Below are positions 37,077-52,022 of a stretch of 64,000 bases of DNA, in pieces. The stretch lies in assembly GCA_007694055.1 (NCBI GenBank), contig RECK01000433.1, positions 113 through 64,112 on the forward strand, given 5' to 3'. How positions within the stretch are numbered: the stretch's first letter is position 1; each line of letters opens with the position of its first letter. A program made the position numbers and the translations under genes. This DNA comes from Wenzhouxiangella sp. Lineage in GTDB: Bacteria > Pseudomonadota > Gammaproteobacteria > Xanthomonadales > Wenzhouxiangellaceae. The notes under the pieces were generated by a model. That model saw only the letters and a list, made by a program, of their open reading frames with translations. It was not told the DNA's origin and made no database searches.

Positions 37077-38234
37077 TCAGGCATTTTCGGTCGCGGTCTC
37101 GCCCTCGCCTTCCGGCAAACGGCCGAGCACGGCGCGCGGATAGGAGCCGAGCACCTTGACCAGGCGCGCTTCGCCACCCAGGTCAACCATGGCGGCGGCC
37201 AGGGCCTCTTCCTCGACATGGCCGTCGACGTCAATGAAGAAGACGTAATCCCAACGCCCCTGGCGCGAGGGTCGTGACTCGATCCGGTTCATGTTGACGC
37301 CGTGCCGGGCCAACGGCTCAAGCAGGCGAAATAATGCCCCTGGACCGTCCCGGCCAGCCACCAGCAAGGTCGTCTTGTCCTCACCAGAGGGCGGCAGCAG
37401 GTCCCGCCCCAGAATGAGGAACCGGGTGGTATTGTCGACGTGGTCTTCGATATTGGCAAACAGGATCGGCAAACCATACACTTCGGCGGCGTGGCGCCCG
37501 GCAATTGCCGCAGCATCCGGCGCATGCCGCACCCGGCGCGCCGCCTCGGCGTTACTGGACACCGGAACCGCCTCGGCATGGGCCAGGTGCGAGCTCAGCC
37601 AGTGCTTGCACTGGGCCAGCGACTGCTGGTGAGCGTAGACCCGCTCGATCTGCTCCAGGCGCCGGGCCTGGGTCAGCAAGTGCTGATGGATGCGCAACTC
37701 GACCTCGGCTGCGATCTTCAGATCCGAATGCAGGAACATGTCCAGGGTGTGGCTGACAATGCCCTGGCTGGAGTTTTCCACGGGCACCACCCCGAAATCC
37801 GCCTCTCCACCCTGAACGGCGAGGAAGACATCTTCGATACTGGGCTGGGCGATCGCGTTGACCGAGTGCCCGAACTGGCGGTACACAGCCTGCTGGGTAA
37901 ACGTGCCCTCGGGCCCAAGATAGGCGATGCGCATGGGTTCCTGCTGGGCCAGGCATGCCGACATGATCTCGCGAAACAGGCGCAGCATGACCGAGTCACT
38001 CAACGGACCCTGGTTACGCTGAATGACGCGCCTGAGCACCTGCGCCTCACGGTCGGGACGGTAATAGGCCGACGCGCTGCCCAGGTCACCCTTGGCAGCG
38101 CGGACACGGGCCGCCTGCGCCGCGCGCTCGGCAATCAGGGCCTGGATTTGTTCATCGAGTTGATCAATGCGCTGCCGCACTTCGGCCAGCGCCGGGTCAG
38201 CTCCGGCTGCGCTCGAATTCCTTGAGGAAGTCAA
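37077..38234 (-). CDS. pheA: Chorismate mutase/prephenate dehydratase (P-protein)
   Basis: RQRIDQLD, YRPDREAQVL, YLGPEGTF, VPVENS, NTTRF, IESRP; the start may lie slightly downstream. Confidence 0.95.
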   Translation of the reverse strand: MTSSRNSSAAGADPALAEVRQRIDQLDEQIQALIAERAAQAARVRAAKGDLGSASAYYRPDREAQVLRRVIQRNQGPLSDSVMLRLFREIMSACLAQQEPMRIAYLGPEGTFTQQAVYRQFGHSVNAIAQPSIEDVFLAVQGGEADFGVVPVENSSQGIVSHTLDMFLHSDLKIAAEVELRIHQHLLTQARRLEQIERVYAHQQSLAQCKHWLSSHLAHAEAVPVSSNAEAARRVRHAPDAAAIAGRHAAEVYGLPILFANIEDHVDNTTRFLILGRDLLPPSGEDKTTLLVAGRDGPGALFRLLEPLARHGVNMNRIESRPSRQGRWDYVFFIDVDGHVEEEALAAAMVDLGGEARLVKVLGSYPRAVLGRLPEGEGETATENA

Positions 38235-39285
38235 TCAGGGTCTCCACCGCTTCATCATCTACCGCATTGTACAGGCTGGCGCGCAACCCACCGAGGGCAC
38301 GATGGCCCTTGAGACCGATCAGGCCGGCATCCTCGGCGGCGGCCACGGCCGCCATGGTCAGGCGCTCATCAGCAGCGAAAAACGGCACGTTCATGACCGA
38401 ACGGCAATGCTCGGCCACCGGATTGGACCAGAACTCACTGGCATCGATCGCGGCATACAGGCGCGATGCGCGGGCCGCATTGCGCGTCCCCAGGGCAGAC
38501 AACCCGCCGCCGTCCTCGATCCAGCGCAAAACCTCCAGGGCCACGTACCAGGCCAGGGTCGCCGGGGTGTTGTACATCGAACCCGAACTGGCCCAGGTGC
38601 GGTAATCCAGATACTTGGGCAAGCCATCCGGAATCCGATCGAGCAGGTCGCGCCGAATCAACACCACGGTCAGGCCGGCGATGCCCAGGTTTTTCTGGGC
38701 ACCGGCATAGGCAAAACCAAGCGCATCATAAGGATACGGGCGCGACAGGAATTCCGAGGACAGGTCGGCGGCCAGCGGCACACCAACCACGGGCGGGGCC
38801 GGATACTGAACCCCGTGTATGGTTTCGTTGCCGGTGTAATGCAGGTAGGCACTGTCGGGCGGCAGGTGGCCCAGCTCGGGCAGGTCGACGTAACCGCCGT
38901 CGGCAGCGCTGGCAACCACTTCCGCCGGTCCGACCCGCCGGGCCTCGGCCAAGGCCTTCTCGCCCCAGTGACCGGTCAGCACGTAGGCGGCCGTGCGACC
39001 GACAGCCAGGTTCATCGGCAACCAGGCAAACTGCAGGTTGGCTCCGCCGTGAAGCAGCAGGATTTCATGCTCATCACCCACGCCAGTCAGCGCGCGCAGC
39101 CGCGCCAGCAACTCCTCGGCAATGGCCCCGAAGCGCGCGCCGCGATGGGAAATCTCGGCGACCGAGGGCGTACCCCGCTGATCGGGGCGCAGCGCCTCGG
39201 CCAGGCGCTCGCGAACGGGTCCGGGCAAGGCCGCGGGTCCGGCCGAAAAATTGAAGGCATTCACCCCTGCACCGACCTCATGCAC
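38197..39285 (-). CDS. serC: Phosphoserine aminotransferase
   Basis: NFSAGPA, EISHR, NETIHG, DLSS, AGAQKNLG, YNTP, GHRALGGLRASLYNA; alternative GTG start near 39264. Confidence 0.96.
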   Translation of the reverse strand: MHEVGAGVNAFNFSAGPAALPGPVRERLAEALRPDQRGTPSVAEISHRGARFGAIAEELLARLRALTGVGDEHEILLLHGGANLQFAWLPMNLAVGRTAAYVLTGHWGEKALAEARRVGPAEVVASAADGGYVDLPELGHLPPDSAYLHYTGNETIHGVQYPAPPVVGVPLAADLSSEFLSRPYPYDALGFAYAGAQKNLGIAGLTVVLIRRDLLDRIPDGLPKYLDYRTWASSGSMYNTPATLAWYVALEVLRWIEDGGGLSALGTRNAARASRLYAAIDASEFWSNPVAEHCRSVMNVPFFAADERLTMAAVAAAEDAGLIGLKGHRALGGLRASLYNAVDDEAVETLIDFLKEFERSRS

Positions 39286-39309
39286 CGAACTCAGCGCGAG
39301 AGCCCAAAA

Positions 39310-42799
<3,490 letters not shown>

Positions 42800-42801
42800 G
42801 A

Positions 42802-43956
42802 TTAACGGGCCTCCCGGCCGCGACGGGCCCTGGGATCAGTCGGGGACATGCGCTGCTCGGACGGTGCCATCAGCGGCGCAGGCGGAGGTGGCGCCATCTG
42901 GGCCTGGCCACCGCGCATGGTATCCAGCGGCAAGTAGAACATGTTGTTGCTATCGGAAACATCCATCAGGATCTTGGCCGAGCGACCGTAAACCTGCTCC
43001 AGGGTTTCCAGGAAGATGCGCTCACGGGTCACTTCCGGAGCCAGGATGTACTGGTCAAGAATGGCAGTGAAACGAGCTGCCTCACCAGTTGCCTGGGCGA
43101 TGATGGCGTCGCGGTAACCCTCGGCTTCCTCGAGAACGCGGGCAGCACGACCTCGAGCTTCCGGAATTTCCTGGTTGGCATAAGCCTGCGCTTCGTTGGC
43201 GAAGCGAATCTGGTCTTCGCGGGCACGCACCACGTCATCGAAAGCGGACCGCACCTGGGAGGGCGGACGCACTTCCTGCAGGTTGAACGACAACACTTCG
43301 ATCCCTGCATCGTAACGCTCGATGATTTCAATCAGCAAAGCCTGCGCATCCAGGGCAATCTGGCCACGACCGATTTCTAGAATGAAATCCATGTTGTTGG
43401 TACCGACGATCTCGCGCATGGAGCTGTCGGCGGCATGACCGAGTGACACTTCCGGCTCCTGCACGTTGAACAGGAACTTCTCCGGCTCGAGCACACGGTA
43501 CTGCACGGCAAAGCCGAGGTCGATGAGGTTTTCATCCCCGGTCAACATGCGGCTGGTGCTTTCCAGTGATCGCACCCGGCTGACATTGACTTTCTGCACC
43601 TCTTCGATCGGACGCGGAAGGGTCAGGTTCAGGCCCGGATTCAAAGTGCGCGTGTACTCACCGAAGCGGAGTACGACGCCGCGCTCGGATTCATCGATGA
43701 TATGCAGCGAATTCCACGCCACCCACAGCACCAACAGTACGCCAACCAGGATAAGCAGACCGCCGAAGGACGGGCCGCCGCTGGCGGAACCGCCACCTTT
43801 GCTGCTGTCTCCACCGCCGCCCATGATCTTCTTCAGGCGACGCTGCACGTTGGCAAAGACCTCGTCGAGATCCGGCGGCTGTTGTCCATTGCCGCCCTTC
43901 CACGGATCACGGTCACCACCGCCACCGCTTCCGCGTCCAGGTTCATTCCAGGGCAT
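42802..43956 (-). CDS. hflK: FtsH modulator HflK
   Basis: MPWNEPG, RDPW, PPDLDE, GVVLRFG, MLTGDENL, AFDDV. Confidence 0.96.
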   Translation of the reverse strand: MPWNEPGRGSGGGGDRDPWKGGNGQQPPDLDEVFANVQRRLKKIMGGGGDSSKGGGSASGGPSFGGLLILVGVLLVLWVAWNSLHIIDESERGVVLRFGEYTRTLNPGLNLTLPRPIEEVQKVNVSRVRSLESTSRMLTGDENLIDLGFAVQYRVLEPEKFLFNVQEPEVSLGHAADSSMREIVGTNNMDFILEIGRGQIALDAQALLIEIIERYDAGIEVLSFNLQEVRPPSQVRSAFDDVVRAREDQIRFANEAQAYANQEIPEARGRAARVLEEAEGYRDAIIAQATGEAARFTAILDQYILAPEVTRERIFLETLEQVYGRSAKILMDVSDSNNMFYLPLDTMRGGQAQMAPPPPAPLMAPSEQRMSPTDPRARRGREAR

Positions 43957-44062
43957 CGATATCTCCGTGTAAACTGATGATCACGAGTCTTTCAGGGTTC
44001 ACCGTGGCCGGCTCGTGAAGCGGCCTTGTAAGTCGGTCTCGGTAGGACCGGAATGCAGCCGC

Positions 44063-45370
44063 TTAGTTTAACAGCAGTTGCCGTGCTAGTTTGCCATCCA
44101 CACCGTCAAGCCGTGTCAAGATGCGTACGGCTCTCTGATCGAGATCCACATCCAGGCGGCAGCCCCCGGCCTCATCGCACTCTTCCTCGCGCACGACACC
44201 CAGCTCGAACAGGCGCGCCCGCAAGCGCTGGCCACGGGCGGGAAGGTGTATCCAGCGCCGGATACGACCTTCACCGATACGTTCCTCGATGGCACGCCTG
44301 AGCGCTTCCAGGCCGTCGCCAGTGGCGGCAGATACCCAGACTGAGGCCGCATCACCCTGTTCATTTCGCTCCAGCCCCGGCGCGTGGTCGGTGGCATCAA
44401 CCTTGTTGAACACCTTCAGGCGCGGCAATTCCCCGGCCCCGATATCCTCCAGGACTTCCTCGACCACGGCCATATGCCTGCCGCGATCGGGGTCAGCGCC
44501 ATCAATCACGTGAACCACCAGGCTGGCCGCCAGGGTTTCTTCCAGGGTGGCGCGAAAGGCCGCGATCAACTCGTGCGGCAGATCGCGAATGAATCCCACG
44601 GTGTCGCTGAGCAATACGGTGCCGCCGGCCAGGTTCTCGATTCGGCGCACCGTCGGATCCAGGGTCGCGAACAACTGATCGCGAGCCATGACATCTGCCT
44701 CGGTCAGGCGGTTGAAAAGCGTTGATTTTCCGGCGTTCGTGTATCCCACCAGGGCTACCAGGGGCACATCGCCACGACTTCGGGCCCGGCGACCCTGGGC
44801 CCGCCGTTGCTCGACCTTGGCCAGACGCGCAGTCAGCTGGCGAATTCGATCGCCCAGCAGGCGCCGGTCTGTTTCCAGCTGGGTTTCACCCGGCCCGCGC
44901 AGACCGATACCGCCTCGCTGGCGCTCCAGGTGCGTCCAGCCGCGCACCAGGCGCGTTGACAGATGCTTGAGCTGGGCCAGCTCAACCTGCAACTTGCCTT
45001 CATGAGACCGGGCCCGCTGGGCGAAGATGTCAAGAATCAGAATGGTGCGATCGAGCACGTTGCACTTGAGACGACGGGTCAGGTTACGCTCCTGAACCGG
45101 GCTCAGGCGACCATTGACCAGGACCAGGTCGATGTCATGGCTCGTCACCGCATCCGCCGTCTCTTCGACCTTGCCAGAGCCAACAAAGTAGCGCGGGTCA
45201 GGCCGGTCCCGGGGCGCCATCAATTCGGCCACCACCTCAAGGCCGGCGGACGCCGCCAGGCGCCGGAATTCCTCACGGGAATCCAGGTCATCAGAAAGAT
45301 CAATGACCGGATGCAGTAATAGCGTGCGATTGGAAGATGCCGCACGCTCTGGAGAGTCTTGTTCGATCAG
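44063..45370 (-). CDS. hflX: Ribosome-splitting GTPase HflX (inferred CTG start at 45370)
   Basis: [42 protein letters not shown]; conserved N-terminal residues extend upstream of the first GTG (45235). Confidence 0.93.
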   Translation of the reverse strand: MIEQDSPERAASSNRTLLLHPVIDLSDDLDSREEFRRLAASAGLEVVAELMAPRDRPDPRYFVGSGKVEETADAVTSHDIDLVLVNGRLSPVQERNLTRRLKCNVLDRTILILDIFAQRARSHEGKLQVELAQLKHLSTRLVRGWTHLERQRGGIGLRGPGETQLETDRRLLGDRIRQLTARLAKVEQRRAQGRRARSRGDVPLVALVGYTNAGKSTLFNRLTEADVMARDQLFATLDPTVRRIENLAGGTVLLSDTVGFIRDLPHELIAAFRATLEETLAASLVVHVIDGADPDRGRHMAVVEEVLEDIGAGELPRLKVFNKVDATDHAPGLERNEQGDAASVWVSAATGDGLEALRRAIEERIGEGRIRRWIHLPARGQRLRARLFELGVVREEECDEAGGCRLDVDLDQRAVRILTRLDGVDGKLARQLLLN

Positions 45371-45606
45371 GAGTCCTGCTCCTCCTCGTCATCACCGAGG
45401 CGCACATTGCGTGACGGCACCACGGTCGAGATGGCGTGCTTGTAGATCATCTGGCTGACCGAATTCTTCAGCAGCACGACGAAGTTATCGAACGATTCGA
45501 TTTGCCCCTGCAGCTTGATGCCGTTGACCAGATAAACGGCCACCGGCACGCGCTCACGGCGCAGCGCGTTCAGAAACGGATCCTGCAGCGATTGACCCTT
45601 GGACAT
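45367..45606 (-). CDS. hfq: RNA chaperone Hfq
   Basis: [42 protein letters not shown]. Confidence 0.98.
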   Translation of the reverse strand: MSKGQSLQDPFLNALRRERVPVAVYLVNGIKLQGQIESFDNFVVLLKNSVSQMIYKHAISTVVPSRNVRLGDDEEEQDS

Positions 45607-45624
45607 CCTGTCACTCCTTCAGCT

Positions 45625-46674
45625 CTATGTCGTTGTTTGTTGTTGGGTCGCCTGGGCGTTATCCGGTCTCGCAGGGGCGCGCGGCCCAAGACTTTGTTCC
45701 GGTATTCCGGCGCTTCCGCCCTGCTGTCGGGAAAAACCCGCTACTTGCCTGGACACCCTGTTAATGGTACGTCCATGATCCGGATCATACCAGAGCCCGT
45801 CGGTCATCTGCCGCAACGCAGTCAGTTGGCGCTTGGCCAGCTGGCGGGTCGCTGCCTGTGCGCGCTGCTCGAACTCACGCAGCCCGAAATCGCCTTCAAG
45901 CAGGCCCCAAGCCTGCCGATAACCCACGCTCTTCATGGCCGCGCAGTCCGGACCCAGTCCTGGACGCTCACGCAGGGCACGCACCTCGTTGACAAATCCC
46001 GCCGCAATCATCGCACCCAGTCTGTCACCGATGCGTCGATGGAGGATATGGCGATCAGAGGGCGTAACCACAAGCCTCAGGCTCGGAAATCTGGGGCGGG
46101 GCTGAATCCGGCGCAGTGCGCTGGGCGGCTGACCGGTCAGATGGTGGATCTCCAGGGCGCGCTGGATACGCTGGGGATCCGAGGGCAGAATCCGCGCCGC
46201 CGACTCCGGATCAAGCCGGGCCAGTTGCTTGTGCAGGGCCGGCCAGCCCGCACTCGCCGCACGATCACTGATCAGGCGCCGAAATGCGGGGTCGGCCGGG
46301 GGCAGTCGATCCAGGCCGTAAAGCAGCGCCCGGAAATACATCATGGTGCCACCGACCAGCAGCGGCAGCCGGCCAAGCGCGTGGGATCGGCGCATGGCCA
46401 ACTCGGCATCGGCGACGAAATCAGCGGCAGAATAGGCGTGCTCGGGGTCACGCAAGTCGATCAGGGCGTGGGGGTAGGCCGCCAGCGTTTCGGCATCCGG
46501 CTTGGCCGAGCCGATATCCATGCCGCGATAGACCTGGGCTGAGTCAACGCTGATCAGGCTGACCGGCCAGCGATCCGCCAGGGCCAGGGCAAGGCCGGTC
46601 TTTCCAGCCGCAGTCGGCCCCATGAGCAATACGGCAGCCGGGAGCGCCGACTGTTCATGAAGTTCACTGACCAC
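45625..46674 (-). CDS. miaA: tRNA dimethylallyltransferase
   Basis: [43 protein letters not shown]. Confidence 0.96.
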   Translation of the reverse strand: MVSELHEQSALPAAVLLMGPTAAGKTGLALALADRWPVSLISVDSAQVYRGMDIGSAKPDAETLAAYPHALIDLRDPEHAYSAADFVADAELAMRRSHALGRLPLLVGGTMMYFRALLYGLDRLPPADPAFRRLISDRAASAGWPALHKQLARLDPESAARILPSDPQRIQRALEIHHLTGQPPSALRRIQPRPRFPSLRLVVTPSDRHILHRRIGDRLGAMIAAGFVNEVRALRERPGLGPDCAAMKSVGYRQAWGLLEGDFGLREFEQRAQAATRQLAKRQLTALRQMTDGLWYDPDHGRTINRVSRQVAGFSRQQGGSAGIPEQSLGPRAPARPDNAQATQQQTTT

Positions 46675-48427
46675 GGAGAAACAGCCGGTCCAGCGACTTC
46701 ATGTCCAGCTCCACCCAGGTCGGGCGGCCGTGATTGCACTGGTCACTGCGCTCGGTTCGTTCCATATCGCGCAACAAGGCGTTCATCTCCTCGATATTCA
46801 GGCGCCGATTCGCGCGCACCGAGCCATGGCAGGCCATAGTCGACAACAACGCATCCAGGGCTGATTCAATGCGCGCACTGTCGCCAAGCTCTACCAGGTC
46901 GGACAGCACGTCGCGAACCAGCCCCAGGCTGTCGGCACGGGCCAGCAGGCTGGGCACAGCCCGCACTGTCACCGCCTCGGGGCCAGCCAGGTCCAGTTCG
47001 AAGCCCAGTCGGGCCAAAGACTGGCCATGACTCTCCACCGCATGCGCCTCGCGCTGGGAGACAGCCAGGCGCTCAGGCACAAGAAGACGTTGTGAGCGCA
47101 CCCGATCGTCAGCCCAGGTGCGCTTGAGCTGTTCATAGACAATGCGCTCGTGAGCCGCATGCATGTCCACCACCACCAGCCCGCGCGCGTTTTCAGCCAG
47201 CACGTAGACACCGTGGATCTGGGCCACGGCAAAGCCCAGAGGCGGGATGGCCCCATCGCTTTCGCCGCCGCGGGCAGCCTGGTCCGCAGGCCGGCCTAGC
47301 TGCGCGTAGCGCTCAACGGTTTCGGCCACGCTCAGGCCCAGGCCAGCCTGGTGTCCACCGCCGGCCCCGGCAGACCCCATCGTCTGCGAGGGCAGTCGCG
47401 CCGGCGCTGCGTCCGTCTGACCCGGACGGGTATCGGCGAGAGCGCGATTGATGGTCGAAAACAGGAAATCGTGAACCAGGCGACCGTCACGAAAACGAAC
47501 TTCGGTCTTCTGCGGGTGCACATTGACGTCAACCCGGCGCGGATCGAGGCTCAACATCAGCACGAACGCAGGATGCCGGCCGTGAAACAGCACATCGCGG
47601 TAGGCCTGTCGAATGGCGTGTGCCACCAGGCGATCGCGGACCAGGCGACCATTGACGAAAAAGAACTGCAGATCGGCCTGGCTGCGCGAAAAACTGGGTC
47701 TGGCGATCCAGCCGGACAGGCGCATGTCAGCATGCTCGTTGACCAGGCTTAGCGCCTCGTCGACGAAAGCTTCGCCGCAGACATCACCGACCCGCCGCAC
47801 GGCACCGGCCTCGCCCTGAGCCGGCGCCAGGCGGCGAATGGCCCGGCCATTGTGATGCAACTCGAAAGCCACATCCATATTGGCCAGCGCGATGCGCTTG
47901 ATCAATTCATCAATGTGGTTGAACTCGGTCCGCTCGGTGCGAAGAAACTTGCGCCTGGCCGGGGTGTTGTAGAACAGGTCGCGTACTTCGATGACCGTTC
48001 CGGGGGCCAGGGCCGCCGGACGCGGCGGTTTCATTTCGCCCCCTTCCGCCTCGATCTCATGGCCACTGTCGGAAGCCGGTTCGCGGGAAGCGATGCGCAC
48101 ACGGGCAACCGAGGCAATCGAGGCAAGCGCCTCGCCCCGGAACCCCAGACTGGCGACGCCTTCGAGATCCTCGAGACACTGGATCTTGCTGGTTGCATGC
48201 GGACGAAGTGCCAGCGGCAACTCGTCGACGGGGATGCCGCAGCCATCATCGCTGATGCGAATGCGCCGCACGCCGCCCTGCTCCACCTCCACCCGAACGC
48301 GCTCGGCCCCGGCATCGAGACAGTTCTCGACCAGTTCCTTGACAACCGAGGCCGGACGCTCGACCACTTCACCGGCGGCAATCTGGTTGACGAGATGCTC
48401 GGGGAGCTGACGAATCGGCATGGGCAA
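46664..48427 (-). CDS. mutL: DNA mismatch repair protein MutL
   Basis: [51 protein letters not shown]. Confidence 0.98.
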   Translation of the reverse strand: MPMPIRQLPEHLVNQIAAGEVVERPASVVKELVENCLDAGAERVRVEVEQGGVRRIRISDDGCGIPVDELPLALRPHATSKIQCLEDLEGVASLGFRGEALASIASVARVRIASREPASDSGHEIEAEGGEMKPPRPAALAPGTVIEVRDLFYNTPARRKFLRTERTEFNHIDELIKRIALANMDVAFELHHNGRAIRRLAPAQGEAGAVRRVGDVCGEAFVDEALSLVNEHADMRLSGWIARPSFSRSQADLQFFFVNGRLVRDRLVAHAIRQAYRDVLFHGRHPAFVLMLSLDPRRVDVNVHPQKTEVRFRDGRLVHDFLFSTINRALADTRPGQTDAAPARLPSQTMGSAGAGGGHQAGLGLSVAETVERYAQLGRPADQAARGGESDGAIPPLGFAVAQIHGVYVLAENARGLVVVDMHAAHERIVYEQLKRTWADDRVRSQRLLVPERLAVSQREAHAVESHGQSLARLGFELDLAGPEAVTVRAVPSLLARADSLGLVRDVLSDLVELGDSARIESALDALLSTMACHGSVRANRRLNIEEMNALLRDMERTERSDQCNHGRPTWVELDMKSLDRLFLRGQ

Positions 48428-48520
48428 GGGTCGCGGGCCTGGCCCGGCGCGGTGAAGGACTGCCTGGAATGGTAAACGCTTTGGCGCACGGAAGCGTGCC
48501 GACGAGGCCCTCGCGTCGCG

Positions 48521-49825
48521 TCAACTACCCGCGGGAATCACCAGGACGGCACCGGGATGGATGACATCGCCGTTGAGGTTATTGGCTTCCCGGAGCTGGT
48601 TGATGCTGACCTGGTACCGACGCGCGATCAAGCCCAGCGTATCGCCGCGCTCGACCACGTGACGGTCGCGACTGCGGTTGGCGGCAAACCAGGTGCCTTG
48701 CGGTGCTGTGCGCATGAAATGATCATGCACACCGGAGGCAATGGCGCTGGCAACCTGGCGCCGATGCGCAGAGTTATTCAGATTCTGCTCGTCTTGCGGG
48801 TTGCTGATGAAACCTACCTCGATCAGAACGCTGGGCACATCCGGGGATCGGAGAACGACGAAATTCGCACGTTCGACCCGCGATCGGTGACGTCGACCGA
48901 CCGTGCCCAACTGATCGAGTATTTTTTCTGCCGCGTTGTTGCTGTATTCCAGGGCCGCACTTTGCGACAGATCGAGCAAAACCGAGCTGAGCATGTCGTC
49001 ACCGCGATCCAGGCGTACACCACCAACCAGGTCGGATTCGTTTTCACGTTTGGCCAGCAGGCGGGCGGCTTCGCTGGAGGCCCCGCTGCGCGAGAGCACG
49101 TACACCGAGCTGCCGCGCACGCGGAAGTCGCGGAATGCGTCGGCATGAATCGACAGGAAGAGATCAGCCTGGGCCTGGCGGGCACGGTTGTAGCGTTCCT
49201 GGAGCGGGACGAAATAGTCGCCGGTTCGAATAAGGACCGCACGCATGCCGGGCATGTCGTTAATCCTCCCCTCAAGATCACGCGCGATATTCAGGGTGAC
49301 TTCCTTTTCGAAAGTCCCACCCGGGCCAATAGCGCCAGGATCTTCTCCGCCATGGCCCGGATCAATAGCCACGATCATCTCACGCTGGCCATTACGCGCC
49401 GACCTGACCACCTCGCGGACCCGCTCGGCCGGGGTCTGGGCATTCTCGGGAATCAGATCAATAACCAGCCGGTGACCATAATCCCCGGCCGGATCGAGCA
49501 GGAAGCTCTGCGGTTTGACCTCACCCTGCAAATCGAAAACCACGCGCAGGTCCACGCCATTGCGGATGCCATGCCTTACGCCGGAAATGACGCCGCCTCG
49601 GTCCGGGTTGAACGGCAATTCGTCGCGAATGCTGGTGGCATCGATATCGACAACCACCCGAGTGGGGTTATCCAGCGTGAACACGCGATACTCGACTCGA
49701 TTATCCAGGTCCAGTACAGCCCGCGTACTGTCTGGCCCGGCCCACACCCGCAGGTTCCGGACTTCACCGCCAACCACGTCCGCGGCAAGGGCAAGCAGGA
49801 CCAGGGCCAGGCCGAGAAAACGCAT
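48521..49825 (-). CDS. amiC: N-acetylmuramoyl-L-alanine amidase (AMIN + amidase_3 + LysM)
   Basis: Signal peptide, AMIN domain, IDPGHGGEDPGA, FLSIHAD, LIEVGFISN, LysM; start 49825 after GGAGAA; amiB versus amiC naming uncertain. Confidence 0.88.
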   Translation of the reverse strand: MRFLGLALVLLALAADVVGGEVRNLRVWAGPDSTRAVLDLDNRVEYRVFTLDNPTRVVVDIDATSIRDELPFNPDRGGVISGVRHGIRNGVDLRVVFDLQGEVKPQSFLLDPAGDYGHRLVIDLIPENAQTPAERVREVVRSARNGQREMIVAIDPGHGGEDPGAIGPGGTFEKEVTLNIARDLEGRINDMPGMRAVLIRTGDYFVPLQERYNRARQAQADLFLSIHADAFRDFRVRGSSVYVLSRSGASSEAARLLAKRENESDLVGGVRLDRGDDMLSSVLLDLSQSAALEYSNNAAEKILDQLGTVGRRHRSRVERANFVVLRSPDVPSVLIEVGFISNPQDEQNLNNSAHRRQVASAIASGVHDHFMRTAPQGTWFAANRSRDRHVVERGDTLGLIARRYQVSINQLREANNLNGDVIHPGAVLVIPAGS

Positions 49826-49949
49826 GAAACATTCTCCAGTTCGAATACAGAGACTCCTCACTTTCCAATCATGCACGCGATATTATGAAAAATCAAGCCA
49901 AAACGGCAAGATAGCGCAGACTCTGAAGAACCCACCTTTGAAATGTGCC

Positions 49950-50393
49950 TCAACCGGAATCGACCTTCAACAGCAGGCGCAAGCGATCGGCAACCGCTGG
50001 TTCGACCAGGTCGGCAAGGGTGTGCCGGTTGAGCGTGTCGACGAAAGACTTGAGCGCTTCGTCGAGTGCCCCGGACAGACGACACACAGGGCTGATGACG
50101 CACGTGCCCTCCGGCCGCATGCACTCCACCAGGCCCAGGTCAGGCTCCATGTCAACCAGCACCTCGCCCAAGCGGACCTGGCCGGGGGGCCGAGCCAGCA
50201 GCAAGCCACCGCCCACCCCCCGCACGGCATTGACGTACCCAAGCGCCGCCAGTTGCTGAACGACTTTCATCAGATGATTGCGTGAGATTCCGAATGCCTC
50301 GGAAATCTCGCGAATGGTGCTTCGACGCTGGCCCTGCAGCGCCAGGTACATCAGCACGCGCAGACCGTAGTCCGTATAGCGGGTTACTCTCAT
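49950..50393 (-). CDS. nsrR: Rrf2-family Fe-S regulator, NsrR-like
   Basis: TRYTDYGLRVLMYLA, ISRNHLMKVV, RGVGGG, three Cys (ECMRPEGTCVISPVC); start 50393 after GAGGTGG. Confidence 0.8.
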   Translation of the reverse strand: MRVTRYTDYGLRVLMYLALQGQRRSTIREISEAFGISRNHLMKVVQQLAALGYVNAVRGVGGGLLLARPPGQVRLGEVLVDMEPDLGLVECMRPEGTCVISPVCRLSGALDEALKSFVDTLNRHTLADLVEPAVADRLRLLLKVDSG

Positions 50394-50478
50394 TACCACC
50401 TCGGAATTGTTCCGGGCCAACAAAGGGGCCCTGCCCCACCTTTATATCGCAGCTGCCGTGAGAGACACTTGCGATGGC

Positions 50479-51360
50479 TCAATTCCTGGGTGGAAGGAAA
50501 CGCATCGGGTCTTCGGCCTGACCATTGCGCCGGATTTCGAAGTGCAGGATCTCCTCGTCACGCTCGTTCATGCCCAACTCCGCGATGGCCTGGCCGCGCC
50601 TGACCCTGTCGCCTTCTTCGACCAGCCGTCGGCGGTTGTGACCGTAGGCTGACAGCATGCTCTCGGAATGCTTGATGATGACCAGTTCACCGTAACCAAT
50701 GAGCGCCGTCCCACTGTAAACAACCTCGCCATCGGCCGCTGCAACGACAGGCTGGCCAAGCTGCCCGGTAATTCCGAGCCCGCGCCGGGTCGCTGCCGGA
50801 TCAAAAGGCCGCGAAATCCTGCCGACGGTGGGCCACTGCCAGACCACGCCGGCCACGCTGCGGGTCGCTCCACCAGACTCGCCGGCGGCCGGCGAAGGCG
50901 GCTCGGCTCTCGGCGCCGGAGCGGGTTCACTGCGCGGCGCCGGGGCCGGCGTCGCCGCAGGTCGCGGCGGCGAGGGCTCAGGCGGCGTCGTGCGCGGCGG
51001 GGGCGGAGGCGGAGGCGTGGATGCGACCACCGCCGGCGGCGCACTGAGGCGCAGCTCCTGGCCCGGTCGTATGGTGTAGGGTGCAGTGATGCGGTTCCAC
51101 TCGGCCACCCGACGCCAATCCAGCCCGAAACGAAAGGCAATGGAATACAGCGTATCTCCCCGCTGCACCTCGTAGAACGGCGGTGCGGGCAGGCGCTGGA
51201 CAGGCGGTGCCTGATGACCGGGCGAGCGATCCTCCACTGGTGCGGGCTGGCGCGGGGCACAGCCGGCCAGCAATCCGGCCAGCAAGCAGCCGATTAACAG
51301 CGGCAACAGGGTCTGGCCGATGACAGCGCACCGGTCGTGGCCGCTGCCTGCGCCTGGCAT
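50479..51360 (-). CDS. nlpD: LysM/M23 lipoprotein NlpD
   Basis: Lipobox LAGC, LysM (GDTLYSIA), Pro-rich linker, WQWP, YGELVIIKH, LSAYGHN, LHFEIR. Confidence 0.92.
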   Translation of the reverse strand: MPGAGSGHDRCAVIGQTLLPLLIGCLLAGLLAGCAPRQPAPVEDRSPGHQAPPVQRLPAPPFYEVQRGDTLYSIAFRFGLDWRRVAEWNRITAPYTIRPGQELRLSAPPAVVASTPPPPPPPRTTPPEPSPPRPAATPAPAPRSEPAPAPRAEPPSPAAGESGGATRSVAGVVWQWPTVGRISRPFDPAATRRGLGITGQLGQPVVAAADGEVVYSGTALIGYGELVIIKHSESMLSAYGHNRRRLVEEGDRVRRGQAIAELGMNERDEEILHFEIRRNGQAEDPMRFLPPRN

Positions 51361-52022
51361 TACTCCACCCCTTCGAGCAACGGCACAAAAATCACGGCTC
51401 CCAGGTCCTCACGTTCAAAGCCGGTGCAGGTCCGGGTAGTTCGGATCAGGCGCTGATGCTTGCCGCTCTGCTCCGGCGCGACCATGACCCCGCCCTCGGC
51501 CAGCTGCAGCAGCAGATCCTCTGGAACGACTCCGCCGGCAGTCACAACAATGGCATCAAACGGCGCCTGGCTGGGCCAACCGGTCAGGCCATCGCAGTGA
51601 CGGACAAAGATATTGTGCAGGCCCATGCTGTGAAACCGCTGTCGGGCCGATCGCGCCAGCTCGCCGATTCGCTCGGTAGTGAACACGCGCTCGGCCAAGC
51701 TGGCCAGAATGGCCGCCTGGTAACCGGAACCGGTCCCGATTTCCAGCACTTTGCCAAGGCGGGCTTCACCAAGAATGGCCTGGGTCATCAAGGCGACCAC
51801 GTAAGGTTGCGAGATGGTCTGACCGCGACCAATGGGCAGTGCAGAATCCTCGTAGGCACGTGAAGACAGCGCCTCGCCAACGAACAAGTGCCTGGGCGTG
51901 GCGGCAATCGCGGCCAGAACCCGGTCGTCGCGGATACCCTTTGCCCGCAGGCGATCGACCAGCCGCTGTCGGGTTTTCTCGGAGGTCATGCCGATTCCCT
52001 GCACTTGCCGCCCTGCCATCAC
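51360..52022 (-). CDS. pcm: Protein-L-isoaspartate O-methyltransferase
   Basis: [35 protein letters not shown]. Confidence 0.96.
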   Translation of the reverse strand: MMAGRQVQGIGMTSEKTRQRLVDRLRAKGIRDDRVLAAIAATPRHLFVGEALSSRAYEDSALPIGRGQTISQPYVVALMTQAILGEARLGKVLEIGTGSGYQAAILASLAERVFTTERIGELARSARQRFHSMGLHNIFVRHCDGLTGWPSQAPFDAIVVTAGGVVPEDLLLQLAEGGVMVAPEQSGKHQRLIRTTRTCTGFEREDLGAVIFVPLLEGVE

